Shown one piece after another: positions 23,724-37,942 of a stretch of 64,000 nt of DNA (position 1 is its first letter; each line of letters begins with the position of its first letter). The DNA is taken from NCBI GenBank assembly GCA_037447605.1, contig CM074805.1:4497361-4561360 (forward strand), in the 5' to 3' direction. The notes beneath the pieces were generated by a model. That model was not told the DNA's origin. It searched no databases and saw only the letters and a list, made by a program, of their open reading frames with translations. This DNA is from Zygnema circumcarinatum SAG 698-1b (lineage: Eukaryota > Plantae > Zygnematophyceae). Both the position numbers and the translations under genes were made by a program.

Positions 23724-26478
23724 ATGCGGAAACGGGAGCGGGAGAGTCCCTGCTTTGTCTGCGGGCACTATCACAAGTATGAAGAGGGAGAGATGTGCGG
23801 CGTCTGCGGGCATCGCATGATTTTTGCCACCGAGAAAGGGCCGCAGCAGAGCGCTTTCTCCACGGAAATCTTGACAGGCTTCCTCTACCTCGGCAGCTAT
23901 GATAACGCGTCCAGAGCGGAGCTCTTGAAGGCGCAGGGCATCACGCGGATACTCAACGTGAGCTGAATGCAGGCCAGGAACGAACAAATATATTTCACTT
24001 TTCAAGAGACTTTTTTTCTTCAGCTGGCCCTGCATGTTCTAATGGTGTTGCTAGCAGTTGCGCAGCCGCTTCGTGCTGGAAAGACCTATTCTTGCATTTA
24101 AGCATTTGAATCTATTTGAAATTTGACGTCTTATTGCCTAAGCCAAGCTCCGGACCGTAGAAAGGGTTGAGGTGATTGACAGAGAGCTGTGGAGCTGTTT
24201 GAAGAAGCGAGGCTAGTTTTTCTCAATCATTGCCCTTTATTTGTTTTTCGCGATGCGGCTGCAGACGGTACCGTCCTGCCAAAATCTCTACACCACCTCA
24301 TTCACGTACTACTGTGTGAAGGACGACAAGGCCCTCCCCTTCGATGAGTGCATACAATTCATTGGTGAACATCATTACAGAATTACATCAACTCCTCTGT
24401 CATCGGGCTAGACATCGTTCAGGAGCTGCGGCCTCCTGAACTTGATGAATAATCGCACGTGTAATAATGCCACCCAAGTTAGAGTTTGATTTACTGCTGT
24501 TCATAGGATTGGTTTTCAAACCGATTTAGCTACGTTTGCTGTCTTTAAAAGGATTTCAAATTGAACAGAAAATTTGGTATCTGTGATGTGCTATTTGCAG
24601 ATGACTGCAGAAAGACGGGTGAACGCGTGCTCGTCCACTGCATGTCAGGTCAGAACAGGTACGTCGCAAAATCTTGTAGCAGAAAGTTATTGAATCAATA
24701 GAGAGCTGTAGCACACATGTAAGTCTGACTGTAGCTTCTTCTTTAAATTGAGCCGCTACAATGTGCCATTGTACGGAGGAGGGACTTAAGTTGCTGGAAG
24801 TTTTATGTTTAATCTATCCACGGGGACCAGCATATTTTTCCTTTTTTTGGGTTCCGTTTTAGACAAGCCTGTGGTGTTGTGACCCTGCACATGCAATCAG
24901 ACTTGATGCAATTGTATGGTAGCTTCAGAAGTAGAAGATCATTCAAAGACTGCAATCGCGAATCAAGATGCTTATTGGAACTTGAACCGTTTATTAAGAC
25001 GTAATTATTAAAGCAATGGCACGGCCAAAAAATGGCGTTCTCTGCAACGATAGTTAGGGGAACTATTGGGTGATCGATTGCATTGCTCTGGGATCATTCA
25101 CCTCTAGGTTTTGGACAGACGGGGTATCCTCCAAGTTTAGCAGCACTGCTGCGACAAAGAATTTGAGCTCAAGTGATTGAATAAAGCAGAAAAGACTTCT
25201 GATCACGCCATTCACGTTAGGTTGGACAATTGTCATGCTACCTGATCGTGTTGGTTGGCTGGTTGGCTGGTTAGTTAGAATGTTGGTTGGTAAGCAGAGT
25301 CTTCTTTGTTAAATGAAGTACTAACGTGAAGGTAACGCTCGTTGCCGATCACAGGTCGCCTGCAATAGTGATCGCATACCTCATGAAGTGCAAGGGATGG
25401 CGGCTGTCTGAAAGTTTTCAGTGGGTGCGGGACCGCCGGCCCTCTATCCACATCACAGAAGGTACAAAGCATCAGGCAGACAGTTTTTCGTTTTTCTGAA
25501 GTCAAATTGTCACGTGTTTGAGACAATGCAACGGGATATGCATCAATAACTGGGTGTCAAAAGGTACCCAAGGCGTTCGTTGTGAAGTAAAAACCCTAAA
25601 AATCTGCAGTTCCTTCATTGTCCTTTCAGAAAACTAATTGTTTATGAAAATGCCTAGAAATTCTTAATCAGAAATAGCATTGATCACAACTGAATGTCGG
25701 GGAACGCCGTTCTGATTAGGGAGGGTCGAAGTCATTTATTGCGCGTACTTCGCATATTTAGTTCGGATGCTGGACAAACTTGAGAAACCATAGAACTTCG
25801 GCACAGGTCACATCTCCCATGCATCTGAAGCACGTAAGAGGCGGGAGAACAGTAGAGAGGCAATAGTATACCCTCTAGACGACGTGCCTAGAGAACTGAA
25901 TTAGAGTTCCCTTGATCTAAACCTTTCTTATCCCTAGTATGTGCAATTTGGGTAATGGAATTCCTAAGCCAGCCGTTTGAACTTCCTCAGCAACCCAAGT
26001 GCATGTAGTGGCGGATAGACTTCAAATTTTTTTTGAACACCCATGATGCATCATGGCATCATGGCATCATGGCATCATGGCATCATGGATGATGCATTAT
26101 GCATGGTTGCATCATGACACTGACACAATCGGGATATCTCGGGGGTGCATCTACTGCCCAGCTGTCGCGCATCAATTGCAGGAATATGAAGCCGCCGTCT
26201 TCGGGAGCGATGCTTCGAGCACCCCCGTGCTGACGTCTCCAGACGGAGGAGCCGCATTTGGGTTCGGGTACTCCTGCCCGCCCGCCCACTCGAGCCATGC
26301 CTCCTTTGGCGTCTCAGCACCCTTCCCTCCCTCTGCCCCTCCCACCCCTCTCTTCCAAGTGCCTGCAACTATACAGAACGGGAGTAGTCCGTTCGTATTT
26401 GGAGCGGGCAGCACGCATGTAAATGGTTGTTCCCAGCATGTCGCCGGTGGCAGCGAAGAAAAGATGGACGGTCCGTAA
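23724..26478 (+). CDS. IBR5: Dual-specificity MAPK phosphatase, IBR5-like
   Basis: Exons 23724-23957, 24265-24364, 24601-24658, 25355-25461 and 26162-26478. Start MRKRERESPCFVCGHYHKYEEGEMCGVCGH, LYLGSYDNASR, active loop VHCMSGQNRS, and C-terminal FGFG...MDG as recalled for Arabidopsis IBR5. Confidence 0.92.
26043..26105. repeat. 8-bp tandem repeat (CATCATGG)n in the last IBR5 intron
   Basis: catcatggcatcatggcatcatggcatcatggcatcatgg is visible. Confidence 0.85.
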
Positions 26479-27887
26479 CTGTAAATATTTTGGGTCATGG
26501 AAATGCAGTTCAAAATGAAATGTTGTATGAGACGCGTGGCTGGTCACGCCAATTTGTGGGGACTTGCTCCCTCCGTTTGTCTTCTCGGGGACTGTTCTGT
26601 GAACCTGCATAGAACCTCAAAAAGTTAAGGGGAGAGGCTGCTGACAATGTTTGCAGAATAGAAATGTTTTTGTGGGTAGATGATCTGTCCTGTGTAACTT
26701 AGTGGTAGATCCATGTGAGCCACACATGTGGAGTTGTGCGAAGTTGTGACGTCCTTCAAAACGGGAGATCACTCAAAAGTTGTCCTGCTCTTGTTGAAGC
26801 AGCGTGGCGGCTCTAGAAGTAATGCACCTCACTCCTTTGCTGCATTCACTGAGTTGGTCAAATGCGCTCGTCCTAAAAATTTGCAAAACGTCACAGAGGT
26901 ACACACCCTTCGCTTTTGAGTCTCGGGGGGCCAATTCAAATTATGTATCGACGAATGTGACGCCAACATTCTCGTGTTGTCGCTCATTCCTTTTTTTCTT
27001 GCCCATTCCATCTCGTTTCATTTCTTACATTCCGTTGCTTTACTTTTTCTCCTACTATTGTAACAGGTTTCTAAGTCTTCAGACTTCATGGCTGCTTCCA
27101 GCAGAGATTGGGACTTCACCAATCCCGCGTAATGTCTGTCCCCTTGTGGAACTTTTTTACTCGCATTAAGGACCGCCTGCAATGAATCATCAGTCTGCTA
27201 ATGAAAGTCCACCTCTCCTATGACAGTAAACAGTAGAAATTTGGTTGCAATCACGCCGCTCACAAATCAATGGGCAACAGAGGAAGCGAGAGGAAGCTCA
27301 GCACTGCCATGGTCTCAAGTTGACATGATAATGAAAACGTATGACGACGGCACAAGTACAAGAGTTCACAATCGACTCAAGGTTCAAACAACATTTCGAG
27401 TGATTTTTTATTCGAAGTAACACTACATCACCCAATCGCAGCTCGCAACGCTGGACGAAGTGTGTACCTGGGCAGCCTGAACATTGGGTGCCTTGGCAGT
27501 CAGGGCAATGGAAATCCACTTTTTGTTACAGGCGCTTATCCCCTCTCAGATAATTTTTTTTTTTTTTTTTCAATACGCCACACGGATACAGCATGTGATG
27601 GTCTCGGACTATTGGTCGACATCAGTCAACCGTAACATGGTCACCGTACAATTACCACGCCATGGTCAGTACCATGACCACATCCATCCCGTCCCTGGGA
27701 GTCGTGTACGCCAATCTCCGTTCCTCTTCTCCCACTTCCTCTCCCGCTCGTTTACTACATCCCAATCTCCACGATTCTCCCCCCCTCACGTACCTCCGCC
27801 CCCGCCTCTCAACGTCTCTACCACTTCGATTCTACTCTCCATTCACTTTCCTCTCCCGCCACTCTCTCCGCTTCCTCAAAGTGATAC

Positions 27888-30800
27888 TTAGGAAGAATGG
27901 GTCGCGTTCATAAACATCTGAAACGAAAAGAGCAACATGGTGAAACAATAGCTCACTCTCTTCAAACCCTCCGCTTCCTTTATTCCTTTCGCGGCAGTAC
28001 TTAGTGACGCTTCTTCCTTCCCTAAGAGGTCCCTCGGGAGGTGACGCTCCACCTCTCCAACTTGTGACTGCTGTACGGACACTTCTGGAAGCTAAGCGCA
28101 GAAACGTTGACAGAAACCGTGCTAAGTCTTCACACGTGTGAAAGTGTTAGCTCTCGGCTGTGAGAGCAGTTCCAAAGGCAGATTCCACTCCCACAGGGAG
28201 AGGGAGCCCTCGCGAGCGCAGAGTCTCCTCCAATGCCTTCAGCCTCTCCTTCAGATCAGTGAGAGGGACCTGCCAACGGAACGGAGCCACTTTTGCTTTC
28301 AAAGAGGCTCAAGGCATCCATGAAAAGCTCCTGAACTTTAGGAACTTCAAACGCTGTGAAACGCTAGGAAAGAGCAATAGCTGAAACTCAAAAGGTAGCT
28401 GAAAATAAAAAAGCAGCCTCAAACAAAGAAGGTCTCTGGGGCGTTTTGGGATCGTCTCCAGCTATAAGAATGCAGGAAATGAAAGTGAAGGGGGATAAGA
28501 GAGGAATGGAGGGCAAGAGAAGGGAGGGCGGAAGGGATGTGGGGTGGGAGGGAGGACGAAAGGCCGCTTACTGCTAAGCAGCCGCCATCTGCTCTCCTCG
28601 GCAATTGCTGAGGCCATGCCTCCACCATCGCTGTGAGAGCCATCCTCAATTCCTCCGACTGCTCCCCCTCCTGATGCGCCACAATATCAAGATACAGAGA
28701 ATGCTGTAAACGGGTGAAAACCTTCCATAAAATGTGTGTGTCTCTCGGTGTCACTCTCTGGGGGTGTCCACCTCCCTCCACATCTCTCTCTCCCTTCCCC
28801 TCTCCCCCTCTCCCTCTCTAAGTAGCACGCGGGCATTCTTTGTTGTTGTTAAGAAACCACCTTAGCCAGCCAGTCATCACAGACGTACTTATTTTCGCCC
28901 AGTATTCATGTGCAACAAATGACTTAGCTTCACATAACGCAAACGTTACAGGTTTCAAAGTTCTCGAGTTCTGCTTTGTTTTCTTGTTACCTGCGACACT
29001 GCAGCAAGCTCATTGGCTGCAGCCTCAACATCGCTCTCCAAAACATGTAGCTGAAAACCCATACCTCCATCACTCAATATGTCAAATGAACATACGCTAA
29101 AAACCCTAAAAACTCATCTAAGTTATCGGTTCTATCCTTAAAATGCCATAAACAAGAGCATATTCTTGACTGCAGCAACGTCTCCCCTTCCAAGCAGACA
29201 GTTAAAAAGAAACGATCAAGACAAACCTTGTCCAAACAAGCTTGCAGATACAAAAAGCCTAGAGACATAGGGCCCGCCCAATGATCACCCTAAAATACAC
29301 TACAGACTTCCTTACATACCAATGGACCCCCCCAATACCATCCTTGAATCCACAAAGGACCTCCCCAGATCCCCTTATGCCCACCCCATAACCCCCCTAC
29401 CTCCCTCTACCTCCTTAGACCTGCCTAGACCTGCAGAGACTTCCCTCTACCTGTCTAGACCAGCCTACACCTCCCTAGGTCTCACTGAACCCCTAAAAAT
29501 AACCTCAGCCGCTTAGCCCCACAAGCTCTAAGAGCTCTTTCAAAGGAAGTCTGCTAAAACTTAGCTCACCTTTGCAGTGGAGACTGCAGAAACAACAGTC
29601 GGAGATACTCCTTTCTCACACCGCCACTTTGCAAAGCCCAGACCAACCTTTGATCTCCCTGCAGAGCTCCCTCTCTCCCTCCCTCTCCTGTTCATTCTCT
29701 ACAAACTTTGGGATCATGTTGCAATGTTGTCTAACGTCAGTACCACCTCGCTAAACAGGCTGAGAGCTGTTGGAACAGTAGAATAGGCTATCTGAGCTTT
29801 TGGGGTTTCTGGGCCATTTTAAAGGTCAAGGGCTGAGCTGTTCACCTAATGCTGCTGCTGCAGTCAAGAGGCTGTCGTAAAGGTGGGCAGGTAAAGAAAC
29901 ATTGTTCAACAACATCTCTTTTCCAATACGAAGTAATCGGCTGGAATCTCCCATCTGCTCACAGGCCCTGATTTCTCCCAACAGAGCCACCCTTCTCACG
30001 ATGAACTTTAGACCTCAATTGGAAAGGGGATGGAAACCATGTTATAAGGATTGAAGTATAGATTGTACAGCTTCACTGCTCAAGCAGCATGGAGCAACGA
30101 TGCTATGTTACTGGCATTCCTGTTCTTCCATGGGATAATGGCTGTCGTTAGACGGGCATCAACTGTATGCGGAGAAGAGGGATAGTGGTTAAAGGAGAGA
30201 GAGGGTGAGGTGGCACAGCGTCTGAGAGAGGACCTTCTCTCACAACATCCTCTTCCTGCCATAGTCCTTTTTCTTACCTGAGAACTGTCTCTGCCATCCG
30301 CATGGAAGGACGTAGCCCACTCTCAATGGCAGCCCGATACACATCCATGACCAGACGCATATCCCTTGTCTCCAATCCATGTGCCTGTTTCACAGTAACA
30401 GAATAAGGATAGAAACGGAGAAGTTTTGAAGCTTAACCCTTAACAAGATATGGATTCTTAAGGCCCTACAAACGCTATCTACAAACAAAAATTCTCTTCA
30501 GCAGATTATTACTCCTTAATTTATGCTCCTTACAGCATGTGATGATGGCAGACAGCCGTACCAGGAGGGTGTGAGCTGTGGCGAGTGTGGGAGTAAGGCC
30601 GTACTCATTTCGCCGCCGTAAAGAAAGGAGAGCTGCCTTCGCCCTTTTCCAATTCAGTTTAACGGAAACCAAGAGGAGAATGCAGCAAGGCACCACCGTG
30701 TCAAGGCTCTCATGCATCAGCCTTTACTAAGCAGCTCCCCCTATTCCTCCCCCACCCCCCCCTCCTTCTCTCCCACTTTCTCTGTTTCTCTCGGTCTGTC

Positions 30801-32627
30801 TGTCTCCCTGTGTCTGAGAGAGAATGTACCTCTCCGAGCTTCCCCAACCCGGACGCATGCACGTGCCAAATCAAGTGCCACTTCATCACTGAAATTTTCC
30901 AGTTGGTTCCGTCGAACTGCGTTCTGCAAAAGATCCAACCACCACGCTCTCACCTCACTCTCTAATTCTCTGTCACTCTCTCTCCAAAGATCGACTACTA
31001 TCCTCACCTAGGTCTCTCTTTCTCGTACTCACTCACTCTCACTCACTCACTCACTACCTCACTCACTCTCTCTCCCTCCGTGAGATGCGTGCAGAATTCT
31101 TAAACGTCTTGCTGCATAACTGGTGAAAAGATCTGAGCTCCTACTGCACCCCCCCCTTCCCCTCCTCTCCCACACTCCCATCCCCCTCCCCTCCCCGCTC
31201 CTCACCTCCCTCCCCCTACCCTCTCCCTCTCCCTCTCCCTCCCCCAACCCCACTCTCCGTCACTCTCCCCCCCCCTTCTTTCACTCTTCTCTTGCTCTCT
31301 TTCTCTCTCTCTCTTTCTCTCTCTCAGCACGGCTCTTCGTTTGATTCCTCACTTTTCAACTTATTGAGGATTTAGCCATATTCTGTCTATCCAAGCGCTC
31401 ATTCCTGCAGCTTGCATGGATCTGGTGTGGATTATCGGTCGTGGAACTCCATCCTATGATTGGCATAGGAGAGAACCATTACATACCTCAATCCGAAGCT
31501 CCCGGAGCACCTTAAAGGCCAGTTCCACATGCTCAGCTGTGTGGCACAATTGCAGGAGCTCGGGCAAAAGTGAACGCTTTGGAGCGACCCCAAGGTCCAA
31601 GTCATGCTTCATTTTTTTGAAAATGTTTGTCGCAGGATCGTCCGGCGGATTGTCCTTCTCCAATTCATCAACTTCTGCACTCCCGACAACGAACTCCTCT
31701 AGCATCATCAGAACGAGTTCGCGGACATACATACGGAGGGAGGGAAGGAGAAAGGGCGGGTGGGAGGAAGGGAGGGAAGGTGGGGGAGAGAGGAGAGGGA
31801 GGGAGGGAGGGAGAGAGAGTGGGGGAGGGAAATGCAGGGTCCAGAAAACAACATCCCCAATCTGGACCTTCCACAGCTTGTCGTCCTCGTTTCATGAAAT
31901 TGTCATGATACTGGTTATATTCAGACAAGAAGACAGTGACAAGTGCAAGGAGGGGGTAAGCCTAGATCCCCGGAAACCCTAAAACGTGTAATTTCCAACC
32001 TTTGAGAAATCAAATATCTTCATTCCGCATCTGCAATGTGACAAGGCATGTCGCACTGTTTTAAGAAACATTAAAGTCACCCTAGCTTATGGAGCAAAGG
32101 AAAGGTATGAATTGTTAAACTGGATAAGTATAAAAGATAAGCAAGTTGTGTGAGGCATAAGTGGAAAAGAGAGGAAAGGGAGGGGGGAGAAGAGAGAGAG
32201 AGAAGGAGGGGGGGGAGGGGGGCAGACAGTACACAGTATAAAGAATTCATGCAGCAAGAACTATAAATTCTCACAGATTCTAAAAAAAGCAAGTAGGAAA
32301 ATGTGAAAAGGCGATGACAATTCACCTGCCTCAGCAGCTTGGACAGCTGTCGAATAATCTGCACGGGCGGCATGCGACGAAGGCAGCCAGCTGCACCCTG
32401 CCGCCATTCAATTTCAGCAAACTCAATTTATAAGTCCAACATTGTTTAAAGAATTAGCTCTAAGATGCAATTGGACTCCGTACGCAAAAGGAGGAGAGAT
32501 ACAGAGGGGAAGGAGAAGCGGGAGAGGAACGGAGACCTAAGGAGCTTGAAGAGGATGAAGGAGAAGCCATGACGACTGATGAAGGAATTTGACGCGTGAA
32601 GTGGAGGGATCGTTGGAGCACCGCCAT
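27888..32627 (-). CDS. Mitochondrial PPR-like helical-repeat protein resembling Arabidopsis At3g21465/At4g15640 (plant mitoribosomal mS83/rPPR10-type)
   Basis: Exons on the minus strand: Ser-rich presequence from the ATG at 32627; ...ARADYSTAVQAAEA; ...HVELAFKVLRELRIE (~31700-31490); ENFSDEVALDLARACVRVGE (~30900); RRNEYGLTPTLATAHTLL (~30600); ETRDMRLVMDVY...LRPSMRMAETVLR (~30340); ALTAMVEAWPQQL (~28620). These match remembered segments of At3g21465 (DISLAFDVLQNLRR; VAKTCVRVG; NVHGLTPSVASAHHMM; LVNEWP). Confidence 0.7.
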
Positions 32628-34149
32628 GGATGCTTCGTCGAAGCACGCTTCTCGCGAACTGCCTGGAAGAGGTGGGAAAGGAGCGTGGGAAGGAAGGGAG
32701 AGGGAGGGAGAGGAGAGGCGGAAACACAGTGCGCGGTAGACGCGTGGCAGCAAGCGAGGACAAACCATGGCTGCCGTCCCTCTCTACCTCCCTCCAAAGG
32801 GCTCTCTTGTCAAATTCCTGGCACAAGGTAGACGAGGGGAGGGAGAAACCTCGAGGAGCCAACATCGCCAGTATATCGATATATATATATATATGTATAT
32901 ATTCCGATACGGTGTTTTCAATGACGACACAGTATCGGCTCCTGCCTCTGCGACGAATGAATATTTCGATATATCGTCTCGATCGTCGTGTCGTGTCTCG
33001 GACACCGTCCGATTTCAGGATTACGAGTTTCTGACCGATATTTCGTACGGTACGGTTAGATACGAAATTAATTGGGATATATCGAGATATACAGGGATAT
33101 TTTTTTTCTTAGGCCTTTACCGATGGCGGCATTCTGGGGAGACAACTGGCAAGCTAGTCGTTTTCTTAAAAAAGGGAAAGGATGTGGGCTTGAGCTGAAG
33201 GTGGGTCTATGTTGAAGAGGACATTGGGGTCTTTCCCTCTCCATAGGGATTCAACTTCTTCATAAGCAGTTTTGGATAATGCATGCGCTAAATGGCCATG
33301 AAATCTTCAACAAGAATCAAACCCATACTGCAATTGCTTTTGAAAGAGCACAGTATTCACACAAGAATTGAGGCTGTAAGAGCAATCGACAAGAGAACTT
33401 AGCTAAAGAGAGGACGCAAAGGAAGTCAACCAAATCAAAGAGGAAAACGTTAAAGGGAGATTGCAACAGAGGGAAGTCACACGCTTGCATGAATAACGTC
33501 TGCCAGAAAGCAGCACAGGATCGGCTTTGGGAGCTTCTCTAGTCCATAGAAACCCTAAAACTCCAAACAGAGAGGCCAGATATAAATCACACAAGATGGG
33601 AGAGTCTTTGGGCATCGATAATTACCTGCAGGCACCGCTTGCCTCAAGGCACACAGCTCTGAACCCTAAGATTTGGGATGCGGAGATGGTGCAGTGCTTA
33701 ACCTGTGCATATACATATTACGAAGAAGCAGCAGCTCTAGCGTCCCATCCTTTAGAGCGTTCTTGCTCTCGACCGGTCACAAAATGGTCAACTTAGCCTC
33801 CAGCTGGTTCAAGCGCAAGGTCCTCTCAAGGCAAAGGCAGCCGCTGCCGGCTCTCTACACAAGACACAGCTGCCTGCAGCTGTCCCCCGCTACCACGCTA
33901 CCACAACCTACATGGAGCCTCGGCATGTGACATCTCCGTTCCGCTACACGCCGACAGGCACTCCCACCGTTCATTGCCCCACTGCCGCCATTGTCAGCCG
34001 TCACGTTGCAGCTCCATGGAGCAATTTTCCAAAGGTCTGCCCCCGACCCACCTGCAGTTTTACAACATAGGGACAAAAACTGCAGTCGTATTTGCAGTAT
34101 GCCATGTGCGAACATTTGAGCGCCGATCGAGCTCTAGCCAAAAGGATGA

Positions 34150-36773
34150 CTAATTTGCAACCCCCACATTGTTTGCACTCTGCCCAAGGCCAGCTGCCGC
34201 CTCCAGACGCTTCCACGTGGCCTCGCGATTCTCCTCAATTCCCTGCGCTCTCGCCTCCTCGTCCAAGAACCGATGCTGACACTCCTCATAAAGGGGCTGA
34301 TCCATGTCAAGGAACATCTTGCGAACATTGATCGTGAGCCCATGAACAGCCTGCCAATACATATACACAGTATAGGAGGTTTAGGTATCACAAATAACAA
34401 CCGGGAGATCGTGAAGACGGTGAGGGGGCCATCTCACATGGTGGCAAACGACAAGATTAGAGTCAAGGAATTGGGTCTTACCTGATTCCAGTGACTGCGT
34501 GCATTGCGTTCAAGAGGACTGAATATGAGTGGAAGAATAACAGCACGGTTTTGAGCAACAAGGCTCACAATGTAGTCATTGTTCCACAAGAAAAGAGCCC
34601 TTTCTGCCACCTGCATCTCAACAGTTTGCAGGATTAAGAGAGAGTGACCTTGAGTAGGACTCACACACCACCAAGCTGACCAGCAGCAGCTCTCGCCTGC
34701 TTGTCCCTTAACTATTTAAACAAATATGTCGAGTGAAACAGAGAAATGGGGGAGGTGGGGGAAGAAAGAGAGAGAGGGAGAAAGAGGGAGAGAGAGTGGG
34801 AGAGGAGGTAACCTTGAATATCTGCAATACATATGTCGAAAAGCAAGTGCTTGCCTATCAACTTATAAATTACCAAGGATCCTTCTAAATGACACTGCTG
34901 CACCTGCTATCCAGAAAAATATGCACGTTGAGCTCGAACCCTATTCAACTACCTGCAATGAACAGGTTCATCCGTCCCAGCAAAGCCTTGTGTATTACTG
35001 CTCTATCAGACGTATCTTGCACTATCACATGCTCTGTATGGAGAATTGCATCATGCATACCAAGAAGACGAATTGAAAAATCAGTTCTGCCAGTAGGTTC
35101 CAACCCTAAGAAACTCAGTTTGACAGTTTCGGTAGTCCTAAAAAATGATGAAGAACTTTGTAACTCAATGCACATATATCAAAAATGGAATCAAAAGTTT
35201 AGCTGCCTCAACAATGATGTGAAGGATAAATCAACTGCCTAGCCCGCGGAAGCATGCGCTGCCCTTCTCCTAGTCAATGCCAACAAGCAGAGCAGTGCTG
35301 CAACTGCTTACCGAGCAGAAGCAGGTTCTATCACTGTTCTCCCTATGGTAAAAGCTAAAGCTGGAACAGGACTAGCATTTTCACTCACATTTGACATACC
35401 TTGTAAGTGGGACACAACACATTGAAGGGCAACTAAAAAAAGAATATTCTAAAGTGATCCCATGCTACATATATGTCGATAGGAGACGAGCATACCTGAA
35501 AGTGAGAGCTGTTGAGACAGCGACCAATCTGGCGGAACAGCGGGCCCATAACTTGCTGAAACTCGGTTGCCTGCGTGAGCTCAAGGATCTCCTCCAATTC
35601 GCCCAAAAACAGAACCTCCTTCTGACTGTTTGTAACTGGCCAATACTTGAGCAGGCCCCTGATGACAATGTCTGCAAGCTTCGTATCCTTTTCGACAAAC
35701 TGCGTTATGCAATAAGAAAGCTGTTGATGGTACATAGAGACGCACTTCGGCTTGTGCAAGGGAATCAAAGCTCTATTGAGAAACAACTTGTGCTCTTCCT
35801 TCAGAGGAAGGGCGAACCCGTTAATAATGCTACCAAGGATCTCCAGCAATTCCGCAATTCCGTTGTGCCGCTCTGTCTCAAAGATGAAGCGATAAAAGAT
35901 ATTGTTGATAGCTTTGCGAATGAAAGGCCGGTGTACCATGAATTTTCCATAGATTCGGTGAAGAATGGTCTTCAAGTAGTCTCTCTCTCGCGGGTCTTCT
36001 GAATCAAAGAGGTCAAGCAGTCTCAGTACAAAGCTTTGGTCAATGTACTTCTTGGCAACCTTGGCATCCGTCTCATTTGAGACAACGTATCGCAGGAGGA
36101 ACTCATAGACAATCTGCAGGTGCGGCCAGGCCGGCTCCATTGTGGGTTCCTCCTCTTCTGGATCAAAGGAATCTGTGGCGGAGTTTTCATGCGACGAGGG
36201 CGGCAAGCTGCGGAACAGATTGGCCACCAGCATCTTTGTAATGTCCTCGAATACTGCTTCATTGAATTTCCCTGTCCCTGAGGCCACATAATCCACTAAC
36301 TCCAGCAATGTCTGCCTCTTAATTTCTTTCTCCCTCACGTTTTTCGCCTGGTCGGTGAAGTCAAATGTGTAGGTGCAAAGGTTTAGCTTCCTAATGAACA
36401 GATTCTGCCTTTCTTGGCTCGACACTTCTCGGAAAGATAGTAATGGCTCTGCAAACATGGCTGCTTCACTATTCATTCCCGCAACCGCCAATCCCGCATC
36501 CTTCCCCGGCCCTCCCACTGCTCCCACTCCTCCTACCCCTCCCACTCCCGCCCCGCTTCCTCCTACCCCTCCTGCTGCTGCCGGCCTAGCTGTCGCCGGC
36601 AAAACCGGCGCCACTGCACCCTTATGTGCATTGTTGGCGCCTGCAGGGGCCTTCCCTGAAGCCGTCCCTCTGCCTGAGCTCTTCCCCGCCCCGGCTGAGC
36701 CAGCCGCCTGCTCCGTCGACGCATCCGACTTCTTCCTCCCTCCTCCCAACCTGTTCCTCACGTTCTGGAGCAT
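34150..36773 (-). CDS. Protein phosphatase 2A regulatory subunit B' (B56)
   Basis: Exons 36773-35496, 34610-34482 and 34350-34150. Canonical B56 sequence: [62 protein letters not shown]|[15 protein letters not shown]|AVHGLT. The likely start is MLQNVRNRL at 36773. Confidence 0.96.
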
Positions 36774-37942
36774 GCCGAGATGCCCACTGCCGCCCCTCCC
36801 TTCTACCTGCGCATGCGCTCTTCTCTCCCCCTCCCTCTCCCTCTCCCTCCTTTTCTCCCCCTCTCTCTCTCTTGTCACCCCTCCCTCCCCTTTCTATCCC
36901 TCTCTCTCGCTCTCTCTCCCCCCTACCACGCGCTCCCCATGGCTCCCCCCCTGGTAACCCTAACGGCGCAAGCTATGGCAGAGGCAGGTCGTCCCGCCAA
37001 CCCAGCCCAACCCAACCCAACCCTAGCCAGCCGGCCAGCCAGCCAACGTCCCTGCCTCCCTCCCTCTCTCCCTCGCCCCGGCCCTTCGCAGGCAGGTCTC
37101 CATGGGTCCGTACCGTACGGCGGGCGCAGCTGGCACACGGAACTACATCACAGTTCCGTTCAGAAAGTACGGCGGTTCGCAAATGTTGCACGGGAACGCA
37201 GCCACATGCAACTAGCAGTGGTTCTAGGGCGTGAGGGGTGCGCGTAGCGTGCTGTAATTGCTTGCTGGAAACGTGGAGGGGGAAGATGTAGAATTGAAAA
37301 CTTGGAAAGCATTTTGGAGTGGGATGAAGGGCATGAATTTGTGGTCGTAGATGGTGGTTTTAGGGTTAAGGGCACATGCAGTGTAAGCTATCACGATGTG
37401 CATAACCATGTGTATGTTGCCATGATGTATGGAGATGTTCTTACAACGATGCTTGATGTAAAAGGGGGATAACATGGCGATGATTTTCATGAAGACGTTG
37501 TCAATGACCTCGACAATGCATGTGTGCATGACCGCGCGGCTGACATGACCTGTGATGTGACTGATGTCACTGATGTGCATGCTATTCATGGTCATGGTGC
37601 GCATGTTTGACAATATACCGCATACCGTACAGTGAGACGTACCGTACGGTAAGGTACGAATAAACCTGTTCTACCGGACCAGTAGAGATGTAAGAAAAAA
37701 TAACAAAACTGCCCACACAGATTTCTGAGAACTGAGACCTCGGCAGATGTGCATCCAGATTCACCGTTACTTTAGGGGTGATGCGATCGCTATCGGGAAA
37801 GTCGAATGAAGGCATTTGGTGCTCGAATGCCGGTCGGCGCGGGGCCTTTCTTTGGTCAGCGCCCTGCTGAAGTAACGTGCTCATAAAATGTCAAGGGCAA
37901 GTCGCCGACAGCCAGACGGTGCGATCTGTGGCCTGTCAGGAC

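Noticed and set aside
27298-27519. Cys-rich 73-aa ORF (CPDC...CSGC) resembling a zinc finger
   Set aside because: It lies in the convergent 3' region of two genes, starts at a non-ATG codon and shows no family resemblance.
27888-32627. Adenylyl cyclase function for the At3g21465-like gene
   Set aside because: No cyclase catalytic motifs are visible; that label is a legacy database annotation.
35391-36002. 203-aa plus-strand ORF
   Set aside because: Antisense shadow of the highly conserved PP2A B' exon.
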